64,000 nucleotides of DNA from Macrostomum lignano (taxonomy: Eukaryota): NCBI GenBank assembly GCA_002269645.1, contig NIVC01003836.1, positions 1 through 64,000 of the forward strand. The letters are read 5' to 3'. The notes under the pieces are model-generated. The model was not told where the DNA came from, ran no database searches, and was given only the letters and a program-made list of their open reading frames with translations. How positions within the stretch are numbered: position 1 is the first letter of the stretch; each line of letters opens with the position of its first letter. Shown here piece after piece: positions 1 through 12,400 of the stretch. Position numbers and translations under genes: made by a program.

Positions 1-3
1 TTT

Positions 4-1734
4 ATGAGTGAAGTGCGGCTGGAAAAAACTGATGTATGGGATGGAGAGAATATCTTGAAATCCGTTCTTGACAGCGAATTTTTTGATCAAAGGGCACTGC
101 TTAACAAGGAATGGGACGCTAGACATGCTGTGCCATTTGCTGGGCAGCGAATTTCAGGCTCATTTCCGCTTATGCGTGTTGAAAAAAATGACTTTTCACA
201 TGTTACTGGTTGGAATAAGGTTTGGAAAGAGATTAAAAAGTCATTTGGCTTTGAGACTGCAGAGGGCTATGTACACTCTGAATGCAATGAAATTCTGAAG
301 GAAGCTGATGAAGTGCTTGATCAGTCAAAGACCTTGGAGCCGAAAGTAATTTTGAGATTAGCGCTGACTCAAATCGTCAGCAGTATCCGCGATCACGTCT
401 CCATGTTCAACTCCAGTGACACCGAAGGTAAAAAACCAAAAGTGTCGCTAAAGCCAAACCTCGCCATAAAGCTTTCTGTACACGCAGGCCGCTCTGCTGA
501 GAAGATTCTCAGAAAAAGGCAGGGTGAGTTCGATGCACGGCATGGACTGAAAGCTCAGCTCGAGTCTTTCAAAGAGACCGCTTTTACTGTCTTTAAGAGT
601 CTGTACAAAAAAGAGAGTGAAGAAGTTATGGCTGCCAACTTTATTGCCAGCAGCATAAAACAAGCTGCGATCGTGCAGGTGCGTCAGTTGGTAGCAAACC
701 GTGTTACACTCGACATAGAATCCCAGTTTTCAGGCATGAAGCTTGGGCTCATTAAAGCGATTTTAAGGGACTTAGCAGACAGAGAACCATTTCGAGAATT
801 TCAAGCCTACCTACACAACAGCAAACAGTTTGCGGAAAGTTGGCTGGAAGCCAAGATGAAGTATTATTTGCTTAAAAAGGATGATGAAACGAAGCGCACA
901 CGACTGCGGAATCTCATTAAAGACTATGCTGGTGTCTTGATCGGAAACGTTGAGAAAGATATCCGCGACGCTGCAGACAGTGTTGATTCAACGAATGCAC
1001 AGAACGCGGTGACTGGCTGCAGCCTGGGTACGTTGGTGCATGTATTCTGTGAAGGACAGAGAACTCTCGGGATAACACCCGACGACTTTGAGCAAATCAG
1101 CCAACTTTCTGTCGCAAAGCTGTCGGGTTTTATCCGGGTGTTAAAGACGAAGATCAATGACTTAACTGAGCAAATTGAAACGCAGCTGGACGTCCCACTA
1201 GAAGAGTTTGACTGGGGTCAGATGAGTCCCCATTTGTGCGCCTGTGAAAAGCTGTGGGGCTGTCCTGAGCAGTGCCCGCTCTGCAATGAGCCATGCACAA
1301 ATATGACCGGATGTGGTTCATGTAATAAGCATTGCTGCATGCAACACAGGATTCATGGTGTGCGTGGAAGTATTGTAGAAACAACCGATGGCAAACAGAC
1401 CGGCGTGTCATTAGGAACATGCGGCTATTATGTCGCCGAAAACAGAGGATTCTGGTGTTACTCCACATGTAAGAAAACTGGAAGATGCGAACCTTATGCG
1501 AAACAAGATAAAGACAGAAAATACCACAACTACTCGGATTTTCATAAAATATTCCTTGATTGGAATGTCCTGCCGGATCCAGCAATGGATAACTGCGACT
1601 ATTGGAAATGGTTACTCGTCACTTTCAAGGAGGAACTTGAGAATTACTACAACTGGAAAGTCTGTGATATTCCTGACTACGGCGTTACCAAAACCCAAGC
1701 AATCGAAAGTCTGGACAAACTGTACAAGGGCTAA
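4..1734 (+). CDS. GVIN1-like: C-terminal part of an interferon-induced very large GTPase (GVIN1/VLIG/URGCP-like); 5' end probably lies upstream of the window
   Basis: Uninterrupted 576-aa ORF starting at the window edge. The C-terminus has the family pattern GCPEQCPLCNEPC...H...HR.HG, then W.V.PD...YWKW....FKEELE.YY....IP...TK..AIESL, matching my recollection of the GVIN1 tail (CWKQCPFCKAIC...HR...YWKWF). The GTPase domain is not in the window. Confidence 0.75.
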   Translation: MSEVRLEKTDVWDGENILKSVLDSEFFDQRALLNKEWDARHAVPFAGQRISGSFPLMRVEKNDFSHVTGWNKVWKEIKKSFGFETAEGYVHSECNEILKEADEVLDQSKTLEPKVILRLALTQIVSSIRDHVSMFNSSDTEGKKPKVSLKPNLAIKLSVHAGRSAEKILRKRQGEFDARHGLKAQLESFKETAFTVFKSLYKKESEEVMAANFIASSIKQAAIVQVRQLVANRVTLDIESQFSGMKLGLIKAILRDLADREPFREFQAYLHNSKQFAESWLEAKMKYYLLKKDDETKRTRLRNLIKDYAGVLIGNVEKDIRDAADSVDSTNAQNAVTGCSLGTLVHVFCEGQRTLGITPDDFEQISQLSVAKLSGFIRVLKTKINDLTEQIETQLDVPLEEFDWGQMSPHLCACEKLWGCPEQCPLCNEPCTNMTGCGSCNKHCCMQHRIHGVRGSIVETTDGKQTGVSLGTCGYYVAENRGFWCYSTCKKTGRCEPYAKQDKDRKYHNYSDFHKIFLDWNVLPDPAMDNCDYWKWLLVTFKEELENYYNWKVCDIPDYGVTKTQAIESLDKLYKG

Positions 1735-3446
1735 CTATATATGAAAGATCATCGATAAGACATCTGCTTCTCGGTGACGAGTTGCATTGACGTTTGACAA
1801 ATTTTCTGTTCAAAATTTATTTGTCCGAAACTTGAAACAATAATAGCTTACAGCGACAAAATAGCACAGTTATAGGTTACAATATAGGTCCTGCTGCTAT
1901 TAAGATAATTTTCCTAATTATCAATCTCATAGACAGACTGAATATTTTCGAAATATTTCGGACAAAAAATGAAAACTCTTGCAGTTTTAATTTTGTTTTT
2001 CTACGCTCTGTTTATTGGTATAAAGTTTTTATCCTTTTAAATTACGTAAAAAGACCGGAAATTTTGAAACTGTATGATTCCAATTTTTGTCGCTTTTGCT
2101 CGCACTGCAATTCGCGGAGTCAGTTTGAACTGCACTGTAGATTTTAACTGATTCGGTATTTGCAGAAGTTTCCTTTTGTAGCGTGTTGTTCTTCTCGCTT
2201 TAATTTTCTATGTTTTTCATTATGCTATTTAGCAGGTATTCTATTACGAGCGTATGATTCCGAGCAAATTTTAAACTTGAAAAACAACAATATTTTGCGC
2301 TTTTCCTCGTCTTTATCAACTTTTGGTTCTACGTCCTTTTGCTGAAATCCTCGAAATATTTCTGATTCTTGACTGTGTTCGTCAACTGTGTTCAAAACAA
2401 TCTAGCTAGCTCGTATCTATATAACTTTTTTGGGATTTTTGTTCTCCTACTATTCAAACTTTCCCCCTTTTTAAGCTGTGCTTAACAATGACCTTAACAC
2501 ACTATTATTTAGTAGCTTATTCAATAAGTCTCCATTAATCATTTTTTATTACACTTTATCAGTGCTAAACGCCTAAACTATGCTATCGGCGAGTGAATAG
2601 CTTGAGAAAGTCGCACAAATTTTCCCGAAGGCAATTAGACACATTCAGCTTTGTCAAAATTGGAAAATTAGGAAATAAATAATTCGTCTGTGAGCCCGGG
2701 ATTCTTTTTACAAATCCGATACTTTGTCAGACCAGTCGACGACAGACAGACCCCACGGTTCTTCACTTGGGTCTTGGTGTCTTCACATTTCTTCAAATTT
2801 TTAATGCAACTTCGGCGGTTGTTAACATTCTAGCTAGAGCTTAGTGTTGGCATGAAGTCCTAACTACAGTAATTAGCTATTCAAATTACTCCCTCGGACA
2901 CCGACTAAGGACTGACATGGGTTTACGTAAAGTTGATATCCCCTTTTTATGCGACGACCCTACAGGCTATATCACATGGATAATTTTGTTTAATCTTTGT
3001 TATTCGTTCAATATTATAGGCATGTACGTGTGGCGGTCTTTTATCCACTTTTTGCGTATTTATCCCGTAGCTATAGCTAATCAATATTAAATATTTATCC
3101 AGACAAAAATATACATGTTTTATGCACTAAAACGGACACGATTTTTTCAACTATATTTAATTAGTCCCTCATCACACTATTGGCTTTTCTGCATTCATAC
3201 TTTCCTATTAAAAGTGAAAAAAACAAATAATGTGAAGATGAAGCATTGAGTTATGTTTCAAAACTTTTCGTTCTGCAGTTCTTGAGCTCCAATTTTAAGC
3301 TCTCTGGGGCGTTAAGAGCCTGTAATATTTATTTACGGTAACCCACCGATAGCTGTATGTAGATATCAATTTTCAAGGCATCAAAGTTATAACAGTTATT
3401 CAGTTTTTTAGTACAAAACCAGATCGTACAGAACTAAAAGCACACA

Positions 3447-6400
3447 TCAGTAGAGACTGCAGCTGTGCACGTTGCCCGCTGGGCAGCCGAACGCTTTGGC
3501 AAAACCCGGAGCGTTGGACAGAACTGTGTTGGCCCTGCAGATTGAAATAATTGGAACATTGGAACATATTCGTCATACATGTTGACTAATTACGAGTATA
3601 TGGGTTGCAGTTTATTATAAATTTCTGTTGTTGCGAAGTGCCTTTCCCGGGAAAAAAACATGCTGAAACTTCCCAAGTCAACCATGTACTTGGATGACAT
3701 TGTTGACTTATCAAGTTTGCAAAGTATCATTGTCATGAACTTAGAAAGTATGCAATGTTCTTGTCCAACTTCAATTGACTTGCAAAGCTTACAAAGTACT
3801 GCACGCCCTGTCTCTACATCCAAGTACTTCGAAAGTACTTGAGAAGTGACTCGAGAAAACATCGTAAGTACTAAAGGAAAGTACTTATTGAATGCACTTG
3901 GAAAACTTAAAAAGTTAATGGGCGGTACTTGCCTCGAGGTTGCATTGCGTTGACCAAGTACTCAGCAAGTTTGGTTTGTTCTTATTTCTCTGTTTAGCAG
4001 ATTTATACATGTACGAGCGTAGCTTATGCTCATAGGTGAAGTTAGTTCACAGGGGCCTTTAGCTGCCTCAAATTAAGGCAAGCAATCATACGGATGAGGA
4101 CTCAACCACACATTCGCACAAAGTTTACAACAGCATCTTCACTCAATTCCGAACTCTAACCAGACAGACACGTCATCACTAAAATACTCTTCTCCCCTTT
4201 TAGATGAAGTTGAGCTGAAGAAAGTTTGGCAATAAAATGATTGAAAATAGTTTGCCTAACTTTTAACACCTCAGGAACACAAAAAATGAACTTCTTCAAA
4301 GATTTCCCTGCCCGAGGAACTCACAGAGCCCGGCTCAGAATCAGAAGAGCATCATCGCCATCCGAATGTTTAAAGCCGTCAGAGTCGTGAAATTTGCCGC
4401 CGAGGCCTCGTCGCCAATCGGCGCCTCTGCTGGCGCGGCGCACCGCCAGACCGCTGGCGCCGCGCTTGTGGCAGAACTTCTGAAATCACGGCGACGAACA
4501 TTAAAATCACGGGTTGATTAAGATTTTGTGCATGCATCCAGCTTTTATGCCGTAGCCCCATAGTCAAGCGCGGCGCTCTGATGTTCTAGCGGCCCAAGCT
4601 CGATTCCAAGTGCAGTCGCATTAATTCTGGGGCTATAGATTGGAATCTCGGCTTGGCTCTGCTCGTGCAATTAACGCCCTAGAGGTCCATTCCCAAGACA
4701 CAGTGAAGTGTACATGCCTAACGATAAATAAAGTTAGGGCCGCTGTACACTCCTGTGTGAGTGTGTGCCTGTGCGTATGACTGCGTACGTATCCGCGCGC
4801 CTGTGTGCCTTCTCAGGCCGGGAAGTCGGCGGAATGAGCAGTTATGAATCTCGCCGGTTGTGTGACAATGTCGCTTAAAGTGCACCAGGATGCGCACAGC
4901 CCCCTGCCTCTAACAAAGAAAAAAAATTTATAATACTAAAATCGCGGTACCGTGTCTATGTGACTATCGAACCAGGTACCGATTCTGCAATAATTAAACA
5001 TTAACATCATGGACACAGAGTGTACATGCCATACGATTAGAAAGTCAAGGCCGCTGTACACCCTGTGTGATCGAGTGTGTGAGTGCGCGCCTGCGTACGT
5101 ACCCGTGCGCGCGTGCGTGCTCGGGGATCAGGGGATTGTTGACCTGCTTTAACTGAATTTTATTCAAAGTTCAACAGCAGAGTAACTCCTAAACAGTATC
5201 AATTAGATTTGTGTCGACTCGTCATAAGAGTACTGCTTAGAGTTACCTGCATATAGAACACGTAGAACATCTGGTCCTCGGTGAGGTGCAGCAGCGGCAG
5301 CCGCTTGTCCGGCCGTCCGCCTTGCAGCCGGTGGGCGTCAAACTGAGCTCGAGCTGAGCTGACCGCGGCCATCTCCCTGGCTGTCCAGTTGCTCAGTAGC
5401 AGCCTCTGATGCTGATTGCGCTCGCTCTGATAAGGGATGGAGAGAGCAGCTGAAGGCTGTAAAGTTGGCAAGTCTTTGTTTAAAACCATTATAAATTGTC
5501 TTGCCTTAAACAAGTCCATGATGCATGCCGTTCGCTTGCGATATTCGGAAATTGTGGCGTCTGACCACCAACCGCTGGTCCTCTGCGCTTCGTATGCGTG
5601 ACCTGCAGGAAAAAAAAGTTATCAAAAATTTGAGCCAAATAATTCCAGTCTGGACTCATACGCTTGTTTTCACGACGGAGCTGTCTTCTCTCCGACAAAT
5701 TCACTGTCATCTCTCTGATCAAGTCACTGTCATCTCTCTGACCAAGTCACTGTCATCTCTCTGACCTAGTCACCGTCATCTCTCTGACCAAGTCAAAATC
5801 ATCTCTCTGACCAAGTCACCGTCACTTCTCTGACCAAGTCACCGTCACTTCTCTGACCAAGTCACCGTCACCTCTCTGACCAAGTCACCGTTACCTTTCT
5901 GACCAAGTCACTGTCATCTCTCTGACCAAGTCACTGTCATCTCTCTGATCAAGTCAACGTCACCTCTCTGACCAAGTCACTGTCATCTCTCTGACCAAGT
6001 CAAAGTCATCTCTCTGACCAAGTCACTGTCATCTCTCTGATCAAGTCAACGTCACCTCTCTGACCAAGTCACTGTCATCTCTCTGACCAAGTCAAAGTCA
6101 TCTCTCTGACCAAGTCACTGTCATCTCTCTGACCAAGTCAAAGTCATCTCTCTGACCAAGTCACTGTCATCTCTCTGACCAAGTCACTGTCATCTCTCTG
6201 ACCAAGTCACCGCGTCATCTCTCTGACCAAGTCACTGTCATCTCTCTGACCAAGTCACCGCGTCATCTCTCTGACCAAGTCACCGTCATCTCTCTGACCA
6301 AGTCACCGTCACTTCTCTGACCAAGTCACCGTCACCTCTCTGACCAAGTCACCGTCACCTCTCTGACCAAGTCACCGTCACTTCTCTGACCAAGTCACCG

Positions 6401-9400
6401 TCATCTCTCTGACCAAGTCACCGTCATCTCTCTGACCAAGTCACCGTCATCTCTCTGACCAAGTCACTGTCATCTCTCTGACCAAGTCACCGCGTCATCT
6501 CTCTGACCAAGTCACTGTCATCTCTCTGACCAAGTCACTGTCATCTCTCTGACCAAGTCACCGTCATCTCTCTGACCAAGTCACCGTCACTTCTCTGACC
6601 AAGTCACCGTCACCTCTCTGACCAAGTCACCGTCACCTCTCTGACCAAGTCACCGTCACCTCAAGTCACCGTCACCTCTCTGACCAAGTCACCGTCACCT
6701 CTCTGACCAAGTCACCGTCATCTCTCTGACCAAGTCACCGTCATCTCTCTGACCAAGTCACCGTCATCTCTCTGACCAAGTCACCGTCACTTCTCTGACC
6801 AAGTCACCGTCATCTCTCTGACCAAGTCACCGTCATCTCTCTGACCAAGTCACCGTCATCTCTCTGACCAAGTCACCGCGTCATCTCTCTGACCAAGTCA
6901 CCGTCACCTCTCTGACCAAGTCACCGTCATCTCTCTGACCAAGTCACCGTCATCTCTCTGTCCAAGTCAGCGTCATCTCTCTGACCAAGTCACCGTCATC
7001 TCTCTGACCAAGTCACTGTCATCTCTCTGACCAAGTCAAAGTCAAAGTCATCAATCTAACCAATTCATTGTCATCTCTTTAACCAAGTCATTGTTATCTA
7101 TCTGACAAAGTCAAAGTCAAAGTCATCTCTCTGACCAAGCCACCGTCATCTCTCTGACAGATTCGCTGTCATCCCTACGCAGCACTCACTTGTAATGTCA
7201 AAGGACTGCAAGATTTCATGCGCCATCATGCTGGCAGCCCCGCTGTAGGCCAGCAGCTGCGGCAGGCCGGCCGACGGGAACAGCGGCACCTGCAGAGCGC
7301 CCGCCTGAGCCAGCAGCTCGCGGTCGTAGGCCAGATAACGAAGTCCAGGCTCCCACAGCTGGCCCCAGTGCTGGAAATCCAGCGGATTGTAGGTCTGGGT
7401 GAGCAGCCGGGCCTGGCGAGTCTTCCAGTAGTTGATGCAGCTCACAATCAGGCTGAAGTAGCTGTGCGTACTCGGATCAATCTGAAACGTACAGGAAATC
7501 TGCATGGAGTTGCTGATGCTGCTGCTTGGAACAACACTCTTAACAGGGCAGCACAGTGGAAAATGCGTCTGACTGGTCTCGCGCCACGACCCCTGGTATG
7601 ATGACGCGATAAATTGACAAGGGTTGCCGTGCCATTCACGCCCATGAGGGCCCAGCCCCCAAGGCACAGAAATTGTACATGTACGCTGACGATTAGAAAG
7701 CCAGTCAGGACCGCCGTACACCCTGCGTGAGCGTGTGTACCCTATTGGCGCGCTTGTAGGTTTTCAGGAGTCAGTGGAACGGGAAGAATTGTCGAAGTGC
7801 TGGTTGTGAGACGATATATATTAAATATGTATTGAGCAGTAAGCTACTCACCTGGCGGAACTCCGCGTCCAAATAACTGTCATCCCAGGCCTCATCTGGG
7901 TAGCCGGTTTTCTCCACCATGTCGGCCAGTCGCTGCTTGGCTCGACGCTTCGTCTCGTTGTCCATCCAGACCAGCCGGTTGATGCTGTCCTTCGCAGCCC
8001 GGCGCATCTTCTCGAAAAGAGCACCGGCCTGCATGCGCGAGTCAGGTGTGACAGCTCGAAATTAGCGAAACAGGAGTTGCCTAGTTCTCACCTACTGGAC
8101 TTGGGACAGCTGCACTTTTGTTTGTTTGCCGTGCAGTTATGAATGCCTTTTTAACCTCACAGTCAGTAAGCCTGTGAAATCATGTCGGATGCTGGTTCAA
8201 ATAACTTTATTAAACTGGTTTACCGATAGTGACGGTCTCAAACGTCAAGCTTAAAAATGGAAAAAAAACCTTTCTCTTTAACAATTTTTAGCTAAATTAG
8301 GCCTTCATAAATAAAAATTCCTAATACTAAAGCGTTAAATCCTGTTCTTACCAGTGCTCCTTGGCCTGAGTGCAGTCCGTACTTATGTACTCCTGTACTT
8401 GTGTACTCCCGAACTTGTGTACTCCCGTATGTTGTGTTCTAGTTGATTGATTAAATTCAATTCAGTTGGAGACACTTGAGTCTCGCTCAATATATTTATA
8501 CTCATGTGCACGTTGAAAACAGTGTTACGCAATCGAAACAACGATACCATGATTGAACGCACGATGCATATAAGGTAATTGAACAATTCTAGCCTCAAAG
8601 TTAGTTAGTTACAACACCTAGGCCTGATGCACAGTCACTACATTCTCCCCCCTTCCGGAAGAGGATAACGCGCCGGTTGCCGTCGAGCTCGAGTTGACCT
8701 TCGAAGTTCAGGTGGAGGTGGCGGCTCGCCCGTCCGTGGGGGCGGAGCCGGCGGCAGCGGCAAATCGAACCAGTCGTCCTCTTGGTCGGCCGCGCCGTTG
8801 TCAGCCGGTGGGCTGTTGCACTTAACCAGCCGACTCGCTTGCCACTTTGTACCGTCGGACAGCACGAAGGTGTTGCGCCCTGCTTTGGAGGCGATCTTTA
8901 GCGGTTCCTTCAGTCGGGTCGCCAGCTTGTGCGCTCGGTGCGGCGTCTGTCGCCAGACCCAGTCTCCGGCCTGGAGCATAGAGTCACGAGCTCGCCTTCG
9001 CTTGTTGGTGTAGTCGGCATTCTTGGCTTGCCTCTGTGCGATACTGTCTCGCAGGTCGCTGTCGTCCCGCTGTTGCACTGGAGTTGGCCTGAGCAGCTGC
9101 AGTCCGGACCGCAGCTTGCGCCCGATCATCAGCTCGGCTGGAGTCAGCCCGGTGAGAGCGTGCTGGCTGGTCCTGTAGGTCTTGAGCACCAGGTCGATAG
9201 CGTCCTCGAACTTCGCTCCCGCCCTCAGGTTCGCTGCCAGGCCCTCCTTCAGACTCCGGTTGAATCGCTCGACTCCGCCGTTGCCTTGCGGGTAGTACCG
9301 GCTCACTCGGCTGTGCTTGATGCCCTCGGCTCGCAGGAACTCTTCGAACTCGTCGCTGACGAACTGGGGTCCGTTGTCGCTGATCAGCATCTTCGGGACT

Positions 9401-12400
9401 CCCCACCGGCCGAATAGCTTCCGAAGCGTCTTGATGATGTTGGCAGAGGTGACGGTTTCCATGGCTGCAATCTCCGGCCACTTGCTGTACAGGTCGTGGA
9501 TCACCAGTAGAAACCGCTGGTGTCGAGGAGCCGCGGCGACCTCGCCGAAGATGTCGATCTCGACCTTGTCCCACGGTCCATCTGGCCACTCGATTGGTGT
9601 CACGATCGTCTGTTGAGGCTTGCCGGACTTCTCCGCCAGAGTGCAGGCCGTGCAGTTCTTGACGTAGTCCTCCACCTGCCGGTCAATTCCAGGAAACCAG
9701 ACCGTGTCGCGGCACCGCTGCTTTGACCGAACGACGCCCGGATGCCCTTCGTGGGCCTCCTCGATGACTTGAAGTCGCAGGCTCGTCGGGATGATCGCGC
9801 GTTCACCACGACCGAGGCACTGACCGTTGTTCCAGCAGAACAGCTCGTCCCGGACGTTGAAGTACGGCTTTAGAGAGCTGTCCACCTTCGTTGGCCAGCC
9901 GCCCGAGATGTACTGCAAAACCGCCTGCAGCACTTCGTCCTCCTTGGTCGCCGTTGCCAGTGCGTCTGCCGTCAGCGTTGTCTTCGAGTCGACGACTGCG
10001 TAGACGTAGCCCTCCTCGTCGGTCTCCTCGGCTGGAACGCGCTCCGTCGTGGCCCATCTGGACAGCATGTCCGCGCACTTGTTGTCAGCGCCAGGGATGT
10101 GCTCAAACCGAACGTCGTAGCCGCGAAGTCTCTCGACCCATCGATGAATGCGAAGAGGCCTGTGCCCCATGCCTTTCGAGTCGAGCAGAGTTGTCAGGGC
10201 CTTGTGGTCGGTGCGCAGCGTTACTCGTCTGCCGTATAGATAGTAGTGCCAGCGTTCGATGCTCCATACACAGGCCAGGGCTTCTCGCTCTCCGGCTGAG
10301 TATCGCTTTTCCGCTGGGCTGAGTGCTCTCGATGCGAACGCGATTGGCACCTCTTTTTCGTTTTGTACTTGGCTGAGCACTGCCCCCAGTCCGTCTAGAC
10401 TTGCATCGCAGGTGACGTACGTCTCAGCTTGGCAGTCAAAATGAGCTAACACTGGGCTGCTGGTTACGGCTGACTTGAGTGTACGGAAGGCTGTACGTTC
10501 CCGCTCACCCCAGTGCCAGTCCGCGTCCTTTTTGAGCAGTTGTCTCAGAGGCTCGGCAATTGCTGAGTAATGCGGTATGAACTTGTGCAAAAAGTTCACT
10601 GCCCGAGAAACGATTGAATTTGCGCGACCGTTGATGGCTCAGGAATTCTTAGAATTGCGTCGACGTTGCACTTGGTCGGTTTGATGCCGTCTGCAGAGAT
10701 GACCAATCCGAAGAAATCCACGCTCGCCTGCCGGAATTTGCACTTCTCTCGATTGAGTGTGAAGCCTTCGCGATGAATCCGCCCTAGGACTTCTCGGAGG
10801 TTCTTGTCGTGCTCAGTCTCGTCCTTGCCGTGCACCAGGATGTCGTCCACGATGTTGATGGCGCCAGGAGCTCCTCGAAGCACCGTCTGCAGGGCTCGCT
10901 GGAAGGCAGCTCCGGAGCTAGATAGCCCGAATGGCACCACGGTGAACTGGTACAGGCCGGCATCGGTGATGAAGCACGTCAGTCCTCGAGAGTCTGGATG
11001 CAGCGGAATCTGCTGGTAGCCTTGACGCAGGTCCAGCTTGCTGAAGCACTTCGAGCCGTTGATGCTGGCCGATAGGTCCTCGATTGACGGTACCGGATAG
11101 CGGTCCGCGATCACCGCCTTGTTGACCTGCCGCAGATCCACGCAGAGACGAACCTTGTTGGACTCCTTCTTGCGCGTCACGACAACGTTGCTAACCCACT
11201 CGGACGCGTCGACCTTCTCAATGATGCCCTGTTGCTCCATCCGGCTGATCTCTGACGTCACTTCGTCCTTCAGGCCGATCGGCAGCTTCCGCATTGGCTG
11301 AGACACTGGCTTGACCGAGGCGTCGATCTTTGTCCGGTGAATGAAGCTCTTGGACCGGCCCAGACCGTCGAAGATTCCGGGGAAGTCGCGCTCGATCGTA
11401 GTCTCGCTGATGCTCATCACTCTGTTGTCACCTTGGAAGATTTTGAATCCGAGGGCCTGAAACAGGTCGCGGCCCAGGATGTTCGCTCCTTTGTCGGCGA
11501 CGTAGAATGTGGCTTCTGTCCTGATGCCGTTGAACGTCACTGGAAGCTCGACCTTGCCGATGGTCTTGATCGCAGATCCGCCGTATGCCTCCAGTTTTGT
11601 GCTCGTCGGAAGCAGCGGGTGCCTAGCGAAGGACTTCTTGAACGTCTCCATGTTGAGCAACGAAACGGCAGCACCGCAGTCGATTTGCAGTCGAATCAGC
11701 TGTCCGCCCAGACGGCATTCGCAGAATAAGCTGTCTGTGCTCTTGTTGTTCACGGCCAGGACCGTCAGACTGGACTCTGCAGGCTCTTTGGTGTCGATCG
11801 CAGAGACCGCTTTCATGCGGCACATTTTCGCGAAATGGTTCGTCTTGCCGCATCGTCTGCATTTCTGGCCCATCGCCTTGCATTCGCCCCTGTGTCCGTG
11901 GTTGCCTCCGCATCGAGTGCACTTTGGACCTGCTGCTGCGGTCTTCTCATGGCGAGCAGCTGGCTTCGGCTTCTTGCTCAGCGCCTTCACGTGGAGCTCT
12001 GGGCCGCTGACCTGCTTGGCATCTTTGATGGCTGCTTCGATTCGCTCAGCCTTCTTGATGGCGTCATCTAGCGTCAGATCGTCCTCCTCCATCAGGAGTC
12101 TTTCCCTAATGCGAGGTACGCAGGTTTTCTCCACAAGTTGGTCTCGAATCATTTCGTCGTGAAAGGTGTCAAATTTGCAGTTTGTTGCCAGTTCTCTCAG
12201 GGCCATCACGTAGTCTCCGATGCTCTCGCCGTCGTGCTGGGCTCGCTGCCGAAAGGCGAAGCGCTCTGCTATGACGCTTCTCGACGAGCTGAAAATCGCC
12301 TTCAGTGCCTTTTTGGTCTCCTGAAGCGACTTGCTTGCATCGACGTTTGCAGCTCGGCGGCGTCCTTCCTCACCAAGCAGATGCAGGAGGATCGCCTTTT

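Noticed and set aside
10590-10612. Programmed gag-pol ribosomal frameshift
   Set aside because: The break is inside RT rather than at the gag/pol border, and I see no slippery heptamer; a 1-nt deletion is the simpler explanation.
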